From positions 17,084 through 81,083 of the forward strand of contig JBCLLY010000003.1 of assembly GCA_039738415.1 (NCBI GenBank): a DNA stretch of 64,000 nt, given 5' to 3'. Every line of letters begins with the position of its first letter. Position 1 is the first letter of the stretch. The position numbers and the translations under genes were made by a program. A model generated the notes under the pieces. It made no database searches. It saw only the letters and a list, made by a program, of their open reading frames with translations, and was not told the origin of the DNA. Source of the stretch: Candidatus Levyibacteriota bacterium (GTDB lineage: Bacteria; Patescibacteriota; Microgenomatia; Levybacterales; GWA1-39-11). Below, one piece after another: positions 46,677 through 55,506 of this stretch.

Positions 46677-46711
46677 GACTTTTTTTACTAAAATTCCACT
46701 TAAATATAAAT

Positions 46712-47104
46712 ATGAGAATAGCAGGAGTAAATGTACCGGATGGAAAAAGGGTCGATATATCATTGACCTATATATATGGAATTGGCAGAAGTATTGTCTA
46801 TGATGTTTTAGAGAAAGCAGGAGTAGAACCTTCAAAGAGAACAAATCAGTTAAGCGAGGAAGAGGTTGTTAAAATACAGAAAGCACTAGATGTCCATAAA
46901 ATTGAGGGAGATTTAAGAGCAGATAGAATTTCAAATATAAAAAGACTTAGGGACATTAATGCATATAGAGGAGTAAGACATGCTAGAAATCTTCCGGTAC
47001 ATGGACAAAGAACACGTTCGAATGCAAGAACAAAACGCGGAAAGAGAGTTACAATAGGTGCGATAAAGAAAGAAGTGGCAGAAAGAATAACCGCAAGCAA
47101 ATAG
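46712..47104 (+). CDS. rpsM: 30S ribosomal protein S13
   Basis: MRIAGVNVPDGKRV; synteny. Confidence 0.95.
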   Translation: MRIAGVNVPDGKRVDISLTYIYGIGRSIVYDVLEKAGVEPSKRTNQLSEEEVVKIQKALDVHKIEGDLRADRISNIKRLRDINAYRGVRHARNLPVHGQRTRSNARTKRGKRVTIGAIKKEVAERITASK

Positions 47105-47107
47105 AAT

Positions 47108-47509
47108 ATGATAACAGCAACAGTAAAAAATAAAAAAACAGCTAATAAGCGAACGGTGGTATCAACCGGTAGGGGAAAAATATATGTTGGTACAACTTTT
47201 AACAACACAATAGTAACCATCACTAACGAAAAAGGTGACGTTGTTGCTTGGAGCAGCAGCGGAAAAGCAGGATTTAAAGGAACCCGTAAGTCTACCCCAT
47301 ATGCAGCAACCCTTGCGGTAGAAGCGGCATTAGGTAACGCACGCGACGCTGGAATTAAGACACTTGATGTTTATATTAAGGGTCCAGGAGTAGGACGTGA
47401 TGCATCGCTTCGTGCACTTCGCAATTCAGGTATGGGCATTTCAATGATTGCTGATGTTACACCAATTCCTCATAATGGCCCAAGGGGAAAGAAAAGAAGG
47501 AGAACTTAA
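47108..47509 (+). CDS. rpsK: 30S ribosomal protein S11
   Basis: TFNNTIVTITNEKGDVVAWSSSG. Confidence 0.95.
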   Translation: MITATVKNKKTANKRTVVSTGRGKIYVGTTFNNTIVTITNEKGDVVAWSSSGKAGFKGTRKSTPYAATLAVEAALGNARDAGIKTLDVYIKGPGVGRDASLRALRNSGMGISMIADVTPIPHNGPRGKKRRRT

Positions 47510-47512
47510 TTT

Positions 47513-48121
47513 ATGGCAAGATACACAGGTCCAAAACATAAAATTGCAAGACGCGAAGGAGTAAATATAATTGGAAAAGCTTCTCAATCGCTTGAAAGAA
47601 GATTGAATGTTCTTCCAGGGTCTCTAAATAGACGCGGAAGAAGAGTAAGAACTTCAGAGTATGGACTTCAACTAAGGGAAAAGCAGAAATTAAAGAGAAT
47701 TTATGGTTTATTGGAGAAGCAATTCAGAAAGAATGTAATTGAGGCCCAAAGAATGAGTGAGAATACAGAAGAGGCTTTAATTGGTCTTCTTGAGTCTCGT
47801 CTGGATAACGTAGTGTACAGGTTAGGTTTTGCACCCAGTAGGCCCATGGCACGCCAAATGGTTTCACATGGACATATTTTAGTGAACGGTAAAAAATTAA
47901 ATATACCATCATATAAAGTAAGAGTTGGGGAAAAAGTTGCTGTTGGTAAAAAATTCGTTTTGAACGAATTTAATAAGAAAATGATTGAAGATAATCAAAT
48001 CGAAGTGCTTGCGAATTTGTCTAAAGATAAAATGGTAGGAGAGTTAAAACGTATGCCAACGAGCGAAGAAATAGCAAATCCAGTGCAGTACCAGTTAGTT
48101 ATTGAATTTTATTCTCGTTAG
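47513..48121 (+). CDS. rpsD: 30S ribosomal protein S4
   Basis: MARYTGPKHKIARREG. Confidence 0.95.
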   Translation: MARYTGPKHKIARREGVNIIGKASQSLERRLNVLPGSLNRRGRRVRTSEYGLQLREKQKLKRIYGLLEKQFRKNVIEAQRMSENTEEALIGLLESRLDNVVYRLGFAPSRPMARQMVSHGHILVNGKKLNIPSYKVRVGEKVAVGKKFVLNEFNKKMIEDNQIEVLANLSKDKMVGELKRMPTSEEIANPVQYQLVIEFYSR

Positions 48122-48148
48122 TAGTAGAATAAACACTTGTTGAATAGT

Positions 48149-49078
48149 ATGAATAGACCAACGTTTCAAATAAAAGAGGAAAAAAAGGAAAATGAAGTTA
48201 CTCAATTCGTAATTGAGCCGTTAGAGCCAGGATTTGGACATACTTTGGGTGTGGCTTTAAGACGGGTTCTTTTGACCAACATAGAAGGAGTAGCTGTAAC
48301 TTCTGTAAAAATTGATGGAGTTTCACATATGTTTTCTACTCTTCCTGGACTTAAGGAAGACATTATAGAGCTAATCTTTAATATAAAGACACTTCGCATA
48401 AAACTTCCGGAAGGTGTTTCTTGCGCAAGGTTAATTTTAACTAAAACAGGACCTGGGAACATAACAGGCAATGACATTGAGGGAAAAGATGGAGCAGAAG
48501 TTGTAGATTCAAAGCATTATTTAGGAAATCTTTCTGATAAAAAATCAAAAATATCAATAGATATGACTGTGGAAAGAGGCTTCGGATATTCACTTGCTAC
48601 GGAGCGTGAAGTAACCACAGTTGGAGTAATCCTGGTTGATGCAATATTTACCCCAGTTACAAAAGTTAATTATAGAGTTGAACCAACCCGAGTTGGAGGA
48701 CAGACAAATTATGATAAATTAATTCTTGAAGTATCAACAGATGGAAGCATTGAAGCAAAAGATGCGCTTGATACTGCTAGCTCTATTTTAGTTTCCTACT
48801 TCAAGCAAGTTTATTCACCCGACCAAGGAGTAGAAGATGCGGGTCTTTTAGAAGGTGAAAGCAAGGAAAAGCAGGTCGGTGATGATATTGCTGTCGATGA
48901 GTTAGATTTACCTACGAGAATTTATAATAGTCTTAAAAATGCCGGAATGGAAACAGTTGCTGATATCCTAAGCACTCCCAGAAAAGAGCTAATGGCTTAT
49001 AGAAATTTAGGCGCAAAATCTCTATCTATAATAGAAGAGGCTTTGGATAAAAAAGGAATAGAGTTTAATAGTAAATAA
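48149..49078 (+). CDS. rpoA: DNA-directed RNA polymerase subunit alpha
   Basis: FVIEPLEPGFGHTLG and a C-terminal HhH domain (LDLPTRIYNSLKNAGMETV). ATG 48149 preferred; the track TTG 48137 is possible. Confidence 0.93.
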   Translation: MNRPTFQIKEEKKENEVTQFVIEPLEPGFGHTLGVALRRVLLTNIEGVAVTSVKIDGVSHMFSTLPGLKEDIIELIFNIKTLRIKLPEGVSCARLILTKTGPGNITGNDIEGKDGAEVVDSKHYLGNLSDKKSKISIDMTVERGFGYSLATEREVTTVGVILVDAIFTPVTKVNYRVEPTRVGGQTNYDKLILEVSTDGSIEAKDALDTASSILVSYFKQVYSPDQGVEDAGLLEGESKEKQVGDDIAVDELDLPTRIYNSLKNAGMETVADILSTPRKELMAYRNLGAKSLSIIEEALDKKGIEFNSK

Positions 49079-49103
49079 GCTCAAGGCTTTAACTGATAGT
49101 AAT

Positions 49104-49130
49104 AATGCGTCAAAAAGACGCATTTTTTTT
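49104..49130 (+). terminator. Rho-independent terminator-like hairpin after rpoA
   Basis: AATGCGTC-AAAAA-GACGCATT followed by a T-run (49123-49130). Confidence 0.7.
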
Positions 49131-49141
49131 ACGGATGATAT

Positions 49142-49654
49142 ATGAAAAAGAAAGTTTTTGGAAGAAGATTTAAAAAAGATGTAAATCAAAGGAAAGCATT
49201 ATTTAAAAACTTAATGCGTTCATTGATTTTAAATGAAGAAATTAAAACAACTGAAGCAAAAGCAAAGGCAATAAAAGGCCAGGTAGAAAAGTTGGTAACG
49301 GTCTCAAAAAGGGGTGAGGCCGCCGCTTACCACCTTAAAAAGAATATCAATGAGGATGCTGTTATCAAACTTATTAAGGAAATTGGTCCAAGATTTGCAA
49401 AAAGACCAGGCGGATATACTAGAATAGTAAAGACGGGAAATAGAAAAAAAGACAATGCGGACATGGTGCTTTTGGAATTTGTTGAAAAGGGAGAGAAGGT
49501 AGTAGCTAAAAAAGTTAAAAAATCAGTAAGTAAAAAGAAGGAAGTTAAAAGAACTGTAAGAAAAGAAGTTAATAAGAATATTGAGAATAAAAGTTTTGTA
49601 AAGGTGAGAGCGGTTGTGCCAAAGCAAACAGTAACTAGACAGAAGAAAGGGTAA
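49142..49654 (+). CDS. rplQ: 50S ribosomal protein L17 with Lys-rich C-terminal extension
   Basis: GRRFKKDVNQRKALFKNL...GGYTRI core; about 55-aa K-rich tail. Confidence 0.93.
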   Translation: MKKKVFGRRFKKDVNQRKALFKNLMRSLILNEEIKTTEAKAKAIKGQVEKLVTVSKRGEAAAYHLKKNINEDAVIKLIKEIGPRFAKRPGGYTRIVKTGNRKKDNADMVLLEFVEKGEKVVAKKVKKSVSKKKEVKRTVRKEVNKNIENKSFVKVRAVVPKQTVTRQKKG

Positions 49655-49657
49655 AGT

Positions 49658-50095
49658 ATGAACAAGCAAACAATATCGACTAAGGCAACTGATATAAAAA
49701 GAGAGTGGTATCTAGTTGATGCCAAAGGTAAAATTTTAGGTAGAATTGCAACTGAGATTGCAAAGCAGCTTATTGGAAAGAACAAACCATATTTTGTGCC
49801 CAATATGGATTGCGGAGACCATGTAGTTTTGATAAATGCAGATAGAGTAGAAGTAAGTGGAAAAAAAGAAACTCAGAAGAAATACACTAATTATTCAGGA
49901 TATCCTGGAGGGCTCAGAGTAAGAACATACGCAGAAGTTAAAAAGCAAGGCGCTGAGGAAATTATAGTGCATGCAGTTGCCGGAATGCTTCCGAAAAATA
50001 AATTAAGAGCCGGAATGTTAAAAAGACTTCACGTTTTTAATGGAGAAGAACATAAATATGCAGATAAATTTTCTGTCAAAGGCGCATTGGTCTAA
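49658..50095 (+). CDS. rplM: 50S ribosomal protein L13
   Basis: WYLVDAKGKILGRIAT. Confidence 0.95.
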   Translation: MNKQTISTKATDIKREWYLVDAKGKILGRIATEIAKQLIGKNKPYFVPNMDCGDHVVLINADRVEVSGKKETQKKYTNYSGYPGGLRVRTYAEVKKQGAEEIIVHAVAGMLPKNKLRAGMLKRLHVFNGEEHKYADKFSVKGALV

Positions 50096-50118
50096 GGCTG
50101 ATAGAGACTGAAATATAT

Positions 50119-50574
50119 ATGGTTAAAGTAAAGAAAAATATAACAAAAGAATATATTCAAACGGTAGGACGAAGAAAGGAAGCTGTTGCCAGAGTTAGGC
50201 TTTATCCATCTGTGAGAAAAGTACAAATAGGAGAGCTCGAACTCGCAAAGGGAGAATTTAGCGTTAACAGCATGCCTGGGAAAGATTATTTTAGATTTAA
50301 AGCCTACTATCCTAAGCTTAATAAATTTCTTAAAGAGTTGGGAATAGAGGGTAAATTTATTTTTACAGTTAAAGTTGCCGGAGGCGGAATAAGCAGCCAA
50401 ATGGATGCTATGATCCATGGAGTAGCACGTGCACTAGACAAACAGGACACAGATGCTTTCCATGAGCTTTTACATAAAGGTGGATATCTTACGAGGGACG
50501 CTAGAACACGTGAGCGACGCAAGGTAGGAATGGGTGGAAAAGCAAGGAGAAAAAGACAATCACCAAAAAGATAG
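50119..50574 (+). CDS. rpsI: 30S ribosomal protein S9
   Basis: GGGISSQMDAMIHGVARAL; C-terminal KARRKRQSPKR. Confidence 0.95.
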   Translation: MVKVKKNITKEYIQTVGRRKEAVARVRLYPSVRKVQIGELELAKGEFSVNSMPGKDYFRFKAYYPKLNKFLKELGIEGKFIFTVKVAGGGISSQMDAMIHGVARALDKQDTDAFHELLHKGGYLTRDARTRERRKVGMGGKARRKRQSPKR

Positions 50575-50613
50575 TAAGTTTTCCGACGAAGCCCCGTCAA
50601 TCGCCCCTCGAGC

Positions 50614-50691
50614 CGTGAACGAATAGTTCCCAAAAGGTGAGAGGTAAGATTGTTGGGGGCAAGGAGAAAAAGACAAAGTCCAAAACGGTAG
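50614..50691 (+). pseudogene. Relic of a second, diverged rpsI 3' end
   Basis: 50659-50691 reads ARRKRQSPKR-stop, identical in protein to the authentic end. It uses different synonymous codons (Ser TCA vs AGT, Arg AGA vs CGG). CGTGAACGA 50614-50622 echoes CGTGAGCGA in the gene. An in-frame TGA lies at 50638. Confidence 0.7.
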
Positions 50692-50731
50692 TTTTTTTTG
50701 ACAAAGTGCCAAGATTGCTGCAATATACACC

Positions 50732-51220
50732 CTAAGAGGTAGATTCTATATTTTTCAATACTTCCTTTATAATATCCCAGTTATATCCGCGGGACCTTAA
50801 TCTACTAATTATTCTTTGATTTTTTTTCTCGGGTTCAAGTTTTTCGAATTGATGAATTCTTTTTTCGATATATTTTCCTGCTGTAATAATATCTTCTTGA
50901 GAGGCACTTAGGGTTTGTTCTGCAATATCTTTATTAATCCCTTTATATTTTAACTCAAAAGAAATCATCCTTTTACTTTTTCCCCTAATTTGTCTTGAGT
51001 TTATAAAGTTTTTGGAAAACTCCCTGTCGTCTAAAAATTTATAGTCAATAAGCTTTTCAATTGTTTCAGTTATTTCAGTTTCGGAAAAATTATTTTTAAC
51101 CAGGTAATCATTTATCTCCTTTGTGCTCAGCGCGCGATATGAAAGAAATCTAAGTGCTTTATTGAAAGATGAGCGGGGATTATCCTGTAGATTTTTACTC
51201 TTCGTCCTCATTGCTCTCAA
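50732..51220 (-). CDS. recX: Recombination regulator RecX
   Basis: [19 protein letters not shown] repeat architecture; overlaps the recA 3' end by 26 nt. Confidence 0.82.
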   Translation of the reverse strand: MRAMRTKSKNLQDNPRSSFNKALRFLSYRALSTKEINDYLVKNNFSETEITETIEKLIDYKFLDDREFSKNFINSRQIRGKSKRMISFELKYKGINKDIAEQTLSASQEDIITAGKYIEKRIHQFEKLEPEKKNQRIISRLRSRGYNWDIIKEVLKNIESTS

Positions 51221-52280
51221 CTCCGACGGATATCATAGACGCTCCGGTTTTTGTTTTTTCCATAATTTCCTTTTGCATTTTCGTAGCAATATCTTTATTT
51301 TCCTTTAGATATATTTTTGCTGCTTCTTTTCCTTGTCCGATTATTTCACCGTTATATCTTAAGAAAGCTCCGCTTTTCTCAATAACGTTCATCTCTATGC
51401 CTACGTCTAATATCCCGCCCTCTTTTGAAATTCCGTCTGACATTATGTCAAATTCCGCAATTCTAAATGGTGGGGCAACTTTGTTTTTTACTACCTTAAC
51501 TCTAGATCTGGTTCCAATAACCTTATCTCCCTGTTTTAAAGTTTCAATACGTCTGATATCAAGTCTAATTGAAGCATAAAATTTTAGTGCAAGTCCTCCG
51601 GGAGTAGTCTCTGGGTTTCCGAACATAACTCCGATCTTTTGCCTTAGTTGATTTGTAAATATAAGAACGGTTCTGCTTTTTGAAATAATCCCTGTTAGCT
51701 TGCGAAGTGCCTGAGACATAAGACGTGCCTGCATACCCATGACTGAATCTCCCATTTCTCCCTCTATTTCCGCCCTTGGTACAAGTGCTGCTACTGAATC
51801 AATAACCACAACGTCTACTCCGCCACTTCTTATCAGCTGTTCTGTTATTTCAAGCGCTTGTTCTCCTGTGTCAGGCTGTGAAATCAAAAGGTCATCAAGT
51901 TTTACTCCTATTGTTTGTGCCCAAAGTGGGTCAAGAGCGTGCTCAGCATCAATAAATGCAACAATTCCGCCTTTTTTTTGTGCCTCTGCAATCACAGATA
52001 GACACACTGTGGTTTTTCCTGAAGCTTCCGGTCCAAAAATCTCAACAACTCTGCCTCTGGGTAATCCTCCGACTCCCAATGCTATGTCTAGAGGAAACGC
52101 GCCGGTTGAGATGACATCTATAGTGAGGTTTTGATTCTTGTCGCCGAATTTCATGATGGAGCCTTTTCCATATTGTTTTTCAATTTGCTCCATTGCCATT
52201 CTTACCGCACCTTCGCGTCCAGATTCCGGTGCCTGTCCTTGTGGTATTGGTTTTGCTGTTTTAGCTGATTGTCGCGCCAT
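51195..52280 (-). CDS. recA: Recombinase RecA
   Basis: GPEASGKTT Walker [22 protein letters not shown] 52280 preferred over the track TTG at 52304. Confidence 0.96.
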   Translation of the reverse strand: MARQSAKTAKPIPQGQAPESGREGAVRMAMEQIEKQYGKGSIMKFGDKNQNLTIDVISTGAFPLDIALGVGGLPRGRVVEIFGPEASGKTTVCLSVIAEAQKKGGIVAFIDAEHALDPLWAQTIGVKLDDLLISQPDTGEQALEITEQLIRSGGVDVVVIDSVAALVPRAEIEGEMGDSVMGMQARLMSQALRKLTGIISKSRTVLIFTNQLRQKIGVMFGNPETTPGGLALKFYASIRLDIRRIETLKQGDKVIGTRSRVKVVKNKVAPPFRIAEFDIMSDGISKEGGILDVGIEMNVIEKSGAFLRYNGEIIGQGKEAAKIYLKENKDIATKMQKEIMEKTKTGASMISVGVESNEDEE

Positions 52281-52365
52281 ATTTAACAATTCCCATTGTA
52301 GCAACTTTTATTACAAATTCAATAGGACTTGTCGATTAAGCTAATTATTTGTTAGACTAAAAATT

Positions 52366-53376
52366 GTGAATATATATTACTTGTTGATTTTACTCTCCTC
52401 TTTTGCGGGATTACTTATAGCTTTATACATTGCATATCAGAAAAGAAAGTCGCATCCTGTCGCGTGTCCTATGAGGGGGAAGTGTGACGCAGTCGTTAAG
52501 AGCGAATATTCAAGATTTTTTCATATTCCTGTTGAATACTTGGGTATTGCATACTATTCATTTGTTCTAGTTTCTTACTTTGTATTTTTAACAGTGCCAA
52601 GATTTTATAGCCTGCCTCCGCTATTTACATTTTTTGTTCTAGCACTTTCCCTTGCAGCTTTCTTGTTTTCTATTTATTTAACCTTTATACAGGCCTTTTT
52701 GATTAGAGAATTTTGTACATGGTGCTTGGTTTCTGCCAGTATCTGCACGGTTATTTTTATTGCTGCAGTAAACGGTTCCGCTTTTGAATTTTTACCATTT
52801 TTATCGGAATATAGGTCGTATATAATAGGGTTTCATGTGATGGGGCTCGTTTTTGGTCTTGGAGGAGCGATATTTTCCGACATTTTATTCATGAAATTTC
52901 TTAAGGATTTAAAAATATCAAAGAGTGAGTTATATGTTCTAAAAACACTCTCTCAGATTATATGGTTGGGTCTTGCTTTATCTATAATTTCCGGAATTGG
53001 ACTTTATCTTCCCGGGGCAGGTGCATACAACGAATCCGCAAAATTTATTGCAAAAATGTTGATACTTTTGATAATTATTGTAAATGGTGTAGGTCTTAAT
53101 TTATTTATTACTCCGAAATTAACTTCCCTCAATTTTGGAATAATTATTAAAGAGCATAAGGGAATGAGAGAAATTAGAAAATTGTCTTTTGCCATGGGCG
53201 CAATATCAATTGTTTCGTGGTTTAGCGTTTTTATACTAGGCATGATGAGAACATCTCCTGCGCAGCTACCTACCATATTTGGAGTTTATCTTTTAGTTTT
53301 GGCCTTTGCGATAACAACCAGTCAGGTAGTAGAGTATTTAATTGCAAAAGGAAAGATAAGTCCAGCAAGCCTTTGA
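52366..53376 (+). CDS. VKOR-family thiol oxidoreductase fused to an uncharacterised multi-TM C-terminal module
   Basis: Loop cysteines CPMRGKC and redox CTWC in the first ~135 aa, then ~200 aa of further TM helices. GTG start. Confidence 0.65.
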   Translation: MNIYYLLILLSSFAGLLIALYIAYQKRKSHPVACPMRGKCDAVVKSEYSRFFHIPVEYLGIAYYSFVLVSYFVFLTVPRFYSLPPLFTFFVLALSLAAFLFSIYLTFIQAFLIREFCTWCLVSASICTVIFIAAVNGSAFEFLPFLSEYRSYIIGFHVMGLVFGLGGAIFSDILFMKFLKDLKISKSELYVLKTLSQIIWLGLALSIISGIGLYLPGAGAYNESAKFIAKMLILLIIIVNGVGLNLFITPKLTSLNFGIIIKEHKGMREIRKLSFAMGAISIVSWFSVFILGMMRTSPAQLPTIFGVYLLVLAFAITTSQVVEYLIAKGKISPASL

Positions 53377-53416
53377 ATCTCCAAAATATCTGATAAAATA
53401 GTTCTGCTTAGAATAA

Positions 53417-53487
53417 CGGGGTGTAGTTTAAAGGTAGAATACGCGGCTGGGGGTCGTGTGGCTGGAGTTCGATTCTCCGCACCCCGA
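53417..53487 (+). tRNA. tRNA-Pro (anticodon GGG)
   Basis: Hand-folded cloverleaf. Acceptor CGGGGTG/CACCCCG. D arm GTTT-AAAGGTA-GAAT. Anticodon stem CGCGG/TCGTG with loop CTGGGGG. T arm TGGAG-TTCGATT-CTCCG. Discriminator A. CCA is not encoded. Confidence 0.85.
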
Positions 53488-53526
53488 CTCTTCGACTCGG
53501 TCAATAAATTGACCTCGCTCAGAGTC

Positions 53527-53578
53527 TCCGACGATGAGGAAGGACTTATTGAGAAAGACTTTATTCTTGCAAAAAATA
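53527..53578 (+). pseudogene. Fragment of a diverged pterin-4a-carbinolamine dehydratase 3' end
   Basis: Reads SDDEEGLIEKDFILAK versus THDEGGITEKDFILAK in the intact gene. There is a 21-nt exact match, 53550-53570 = 54034-54054. Confidence 0.65.
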
Positions 53579-53797
53579 CTAGAGCGAGGCCGACCGCGTG
53601 TCGCCATAGCTTTAGCGGTGGCGCAAGGCCGAGCTCTTCGACAGGCTCAGGGTAAACGGATAGAAGGCGATGCGAAGGGGTTGCGTTCGCCTACCTTTGC
53701 GAAAATGACGTTCTAATTTTTCGATATAGCTCGACATTGTTAATTTCCTTAAATCTTTTTTTGAAAAAATAATAACAAGCTGTTATAGTTGTGTTGC

Positions 53798-54076
53798 ATG
53801 ACTAGACTTTCACTTGATGAAGTAAATACAAAACTAAAACAAATTAAAGGGTGGGATTTGATTGAAGAAAAAGAAATTAAGAAAACTTTTACGTTTAAAA
53901 GTTTCTTGCAGTCAATTGAGTTTGTAAATAAAATTGCACCAATTGCAGAAAAATTAAACCACCATCCAAATATATTAATACAATATAATATGGTAACTTT
54001 AACTCTTTCTACTCATGATGAGGGGGGAATTACTGAGAAAGACTTTATTCTTGCCAAAGAAATTGATAGTTTATAA
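53798..54076 (+). CDS. Pterin-4-alpha-carbinolamine dehydratase
   Basis: W...I.K.F.F..F...F.N.IA..AE..NHHP pattern (KLNHHPNILIQYNMVTLTLSTHD). ATG 53798. Confidence 0.85.
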   Translation: MTRLSLDEVNTKLKQIKGWDLIEEKEIKKTFTFKSFLQSIEFVNKIAPIAEKLNHHPNILIQYNMVTLTLSTHDEGGITEKDFILAKEIDSL

Positions 54077-54091
54077 ATAAACCTATTGATT

Positions 54092-54823
54092 ATGGAAACT
54101 TCTTCAGAGACAAAACGAAGTCTTGCAGTATTTGATATTGACGGAACAATATTCCGCTCGAGTCTTTTAATAGAGCTTACAAATGCTTTAGTTAGTGAAA
54201 AAATATTTCCAAATAAAGCTCGGGATGAGATAGAAAATTATTTTAAGCTGTGGTTAAACCGAGATGGAGGATATGAGGACTATATTAATCAAGTCATAAA
54301 AGTTTACAACAAAAATATTAAAGGATGTAAGGAGGTTGATGTCGAGAATATCGCAGAAGAGGTCTTAAATAGAGAAAAGAAAAAAGTATATAGATACACA
54401 CGGTATTTAATAAAAAAACTTAAGAAAGAAAACTATTTTTTGTTTGCAATCTCCGGTTCGCCAGGTCATATCCTAACTAGTTTTGCAAAAGATATAGGAT
54501 TTGATAAATACTTAGGTGGTTATTATGAAGTTGTGAACGGTAAATTCACAGGAGAGCAACCCTATGGAAATCCTGCAGTAGATAAGAAAAAAACACTAGA
54601 GGATTTTTTAGAAAAAAACAAAAATGTTTTTGATTTAAAATCTGCAATTGGTGTTGGAGACACGGAGTCAGATATAGCATTTTTAAAAATGGTAGGAAAT
54701 CCTATTGCATTTAATCCTAATAAGAAACTTGCGGATTACGCGAAGAAAAATAAATGGCAAATAATAGTTGAGCGAAAGGATGTAATTTATGACATTTCTA
54801 AGTTTGATTTTATGAATACGTAA
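54092..54823 (+). CDS. HAD-IB family hydrolase (SerB-like)
   Basis: LAVFDIDGTIF and GVGDTESDIAFL motifs. ATG 54092. Confidence 0.82.
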   Translation: METSSETKRSLAVFDIDGTIFRSSLLIELTNALVSEKIFPNKARDEIENYFKLWLNRDGGYEDYINQVIKVYNKNIKGCKEVDVENIAEEVLNREKKKVYRYTRYLIKKLKKENYFLFAISGSPGHILTSFAKDIGFDKYLGGYYEVVNGKFTGEQPYGNPAVDKKKTLEDFLEKNKNVFDLKSAIGVGDTESDIAFLKMVGNPIAFNPNKKLADYAKKNKWQIIVERKDVIYDISKFDFMNT

Positions 54824-54847
54824 TCGTCCAGGAATAGTCAAAGAAAA

Positions 54848-54915
54848 TGTCATTGCGAGCGTAGCGAAGCAATCTATAGAGATCGCCACGGCTACCTTGC
54901 AGCCTCGCGATGACA
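54848..54915. repeat. Gene-less double-hairpin element of the TGTCAT family
   Basis: Ends TGTCATTGCGAG and CTCGCGATGACA. Hairpins ATTGC 54852-54856 with GCAAT 54869-54873, and ATCGC 54882-54886 with GCGAT 54907-54911. Confidence 0.7.
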
Positions 54916-54989
54916 AAGTGTTGCCAAATCGTGGACGGTTACATGGATACTGCTTGACATATTTTCAGAATAAGGATTTAATATTATTA

Positions 54990-55472
54990 ATGGTAAAAAT
55001 TTATCCCGCTTTATTAAGAATAAGTATTGGTTTTATTTTGCTTTGGGCTTTTTTTGATAAGCTTTTAGGACTTGGTTTTGCAACTGAGGCTTCTAAGGCA
55101 TGGCTAGTTGGTAATTCGCCGACATCTGGTTATCTTCAGTTCGCAACGCAAGGGCCTTTTGCTAACTTCTTTCAGAGTCTTGCTGGAAATCCTATTGTTG
55201 ATTGGCTATTTATGCTGGGTCTTTTAGGTGTAGGAACAGCGTTTGTTTTGGGCATCGCATTAAAATTCGCGTCTTTGGCAGGCGCTACGATGATGGCTCT
55301 TATGTATCTGTCGGCTTTCCCTCTATCAAACAATCCCATTATAGATGAACATGTTATTTATGCTCTGTTGATGTTATTTTTGGCTCAATTGGATGCGGGG
55401 AATATTTTTGGATTTGGAAAGGCTTGGGCAAAAAGCGGAATAGTTAAAAAACTTGCGTTTCTCCAAAATTAA
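54990..55472 (+). CDS. DoxX family membrane protein
   Basis: Four-TM profile, LLRISIGFILLWAFFDKL. Start moved to ATG 54990, because the track N-terminus reads through the hairpin element. Confidence 0.75.
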   Translation: MVKIYPALLRISIGFILLWAFFDKLLGLGFATEASKAWLVGNSPTSGYLQFATQGPFANFFQSLAGNPIVDWLFMLGLLGVGTAFVLGIALKFASLAGATMMALMYLSAFPLSNNPIIDEHVIYALLMLFLAQLDAGNIFGFGKAWAKSGIVKKLAFLQN

Positions 55473-55506
55473 AAAGGTTTGTTAAAAAAATATAAGCAGC
55501 TTTAAA

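Noticed and set aside
46846-50723. Minus-strand ORFs of 108-158 aa (46846-47223, 49327-49803, 50092-50418, 50307-50723) across rpsM/rpsK, rplQ/rplM and rpsI.
   Set aside because: All lie antisense to well-supported ribosomal protein genes and translate to low-complexity F/L/S-rich sequence.
51169-52344. Plus-strand ORFs (136, 131 and 68 aa) across recX/recA.
   Set aside because: Antisense shadows of recA and recX; no independent signals.
53458-53716. Two overlapping plus-strand ORFs (65 and 60 aa; ...LRQAQGKR...).
   Set aside because: The first starts inside the tRNA-Pro T-arm. Both read through GC-rich hairpin repeats. Only the short segment 53527-53578 has coding ancestry (the dehydratase relic).
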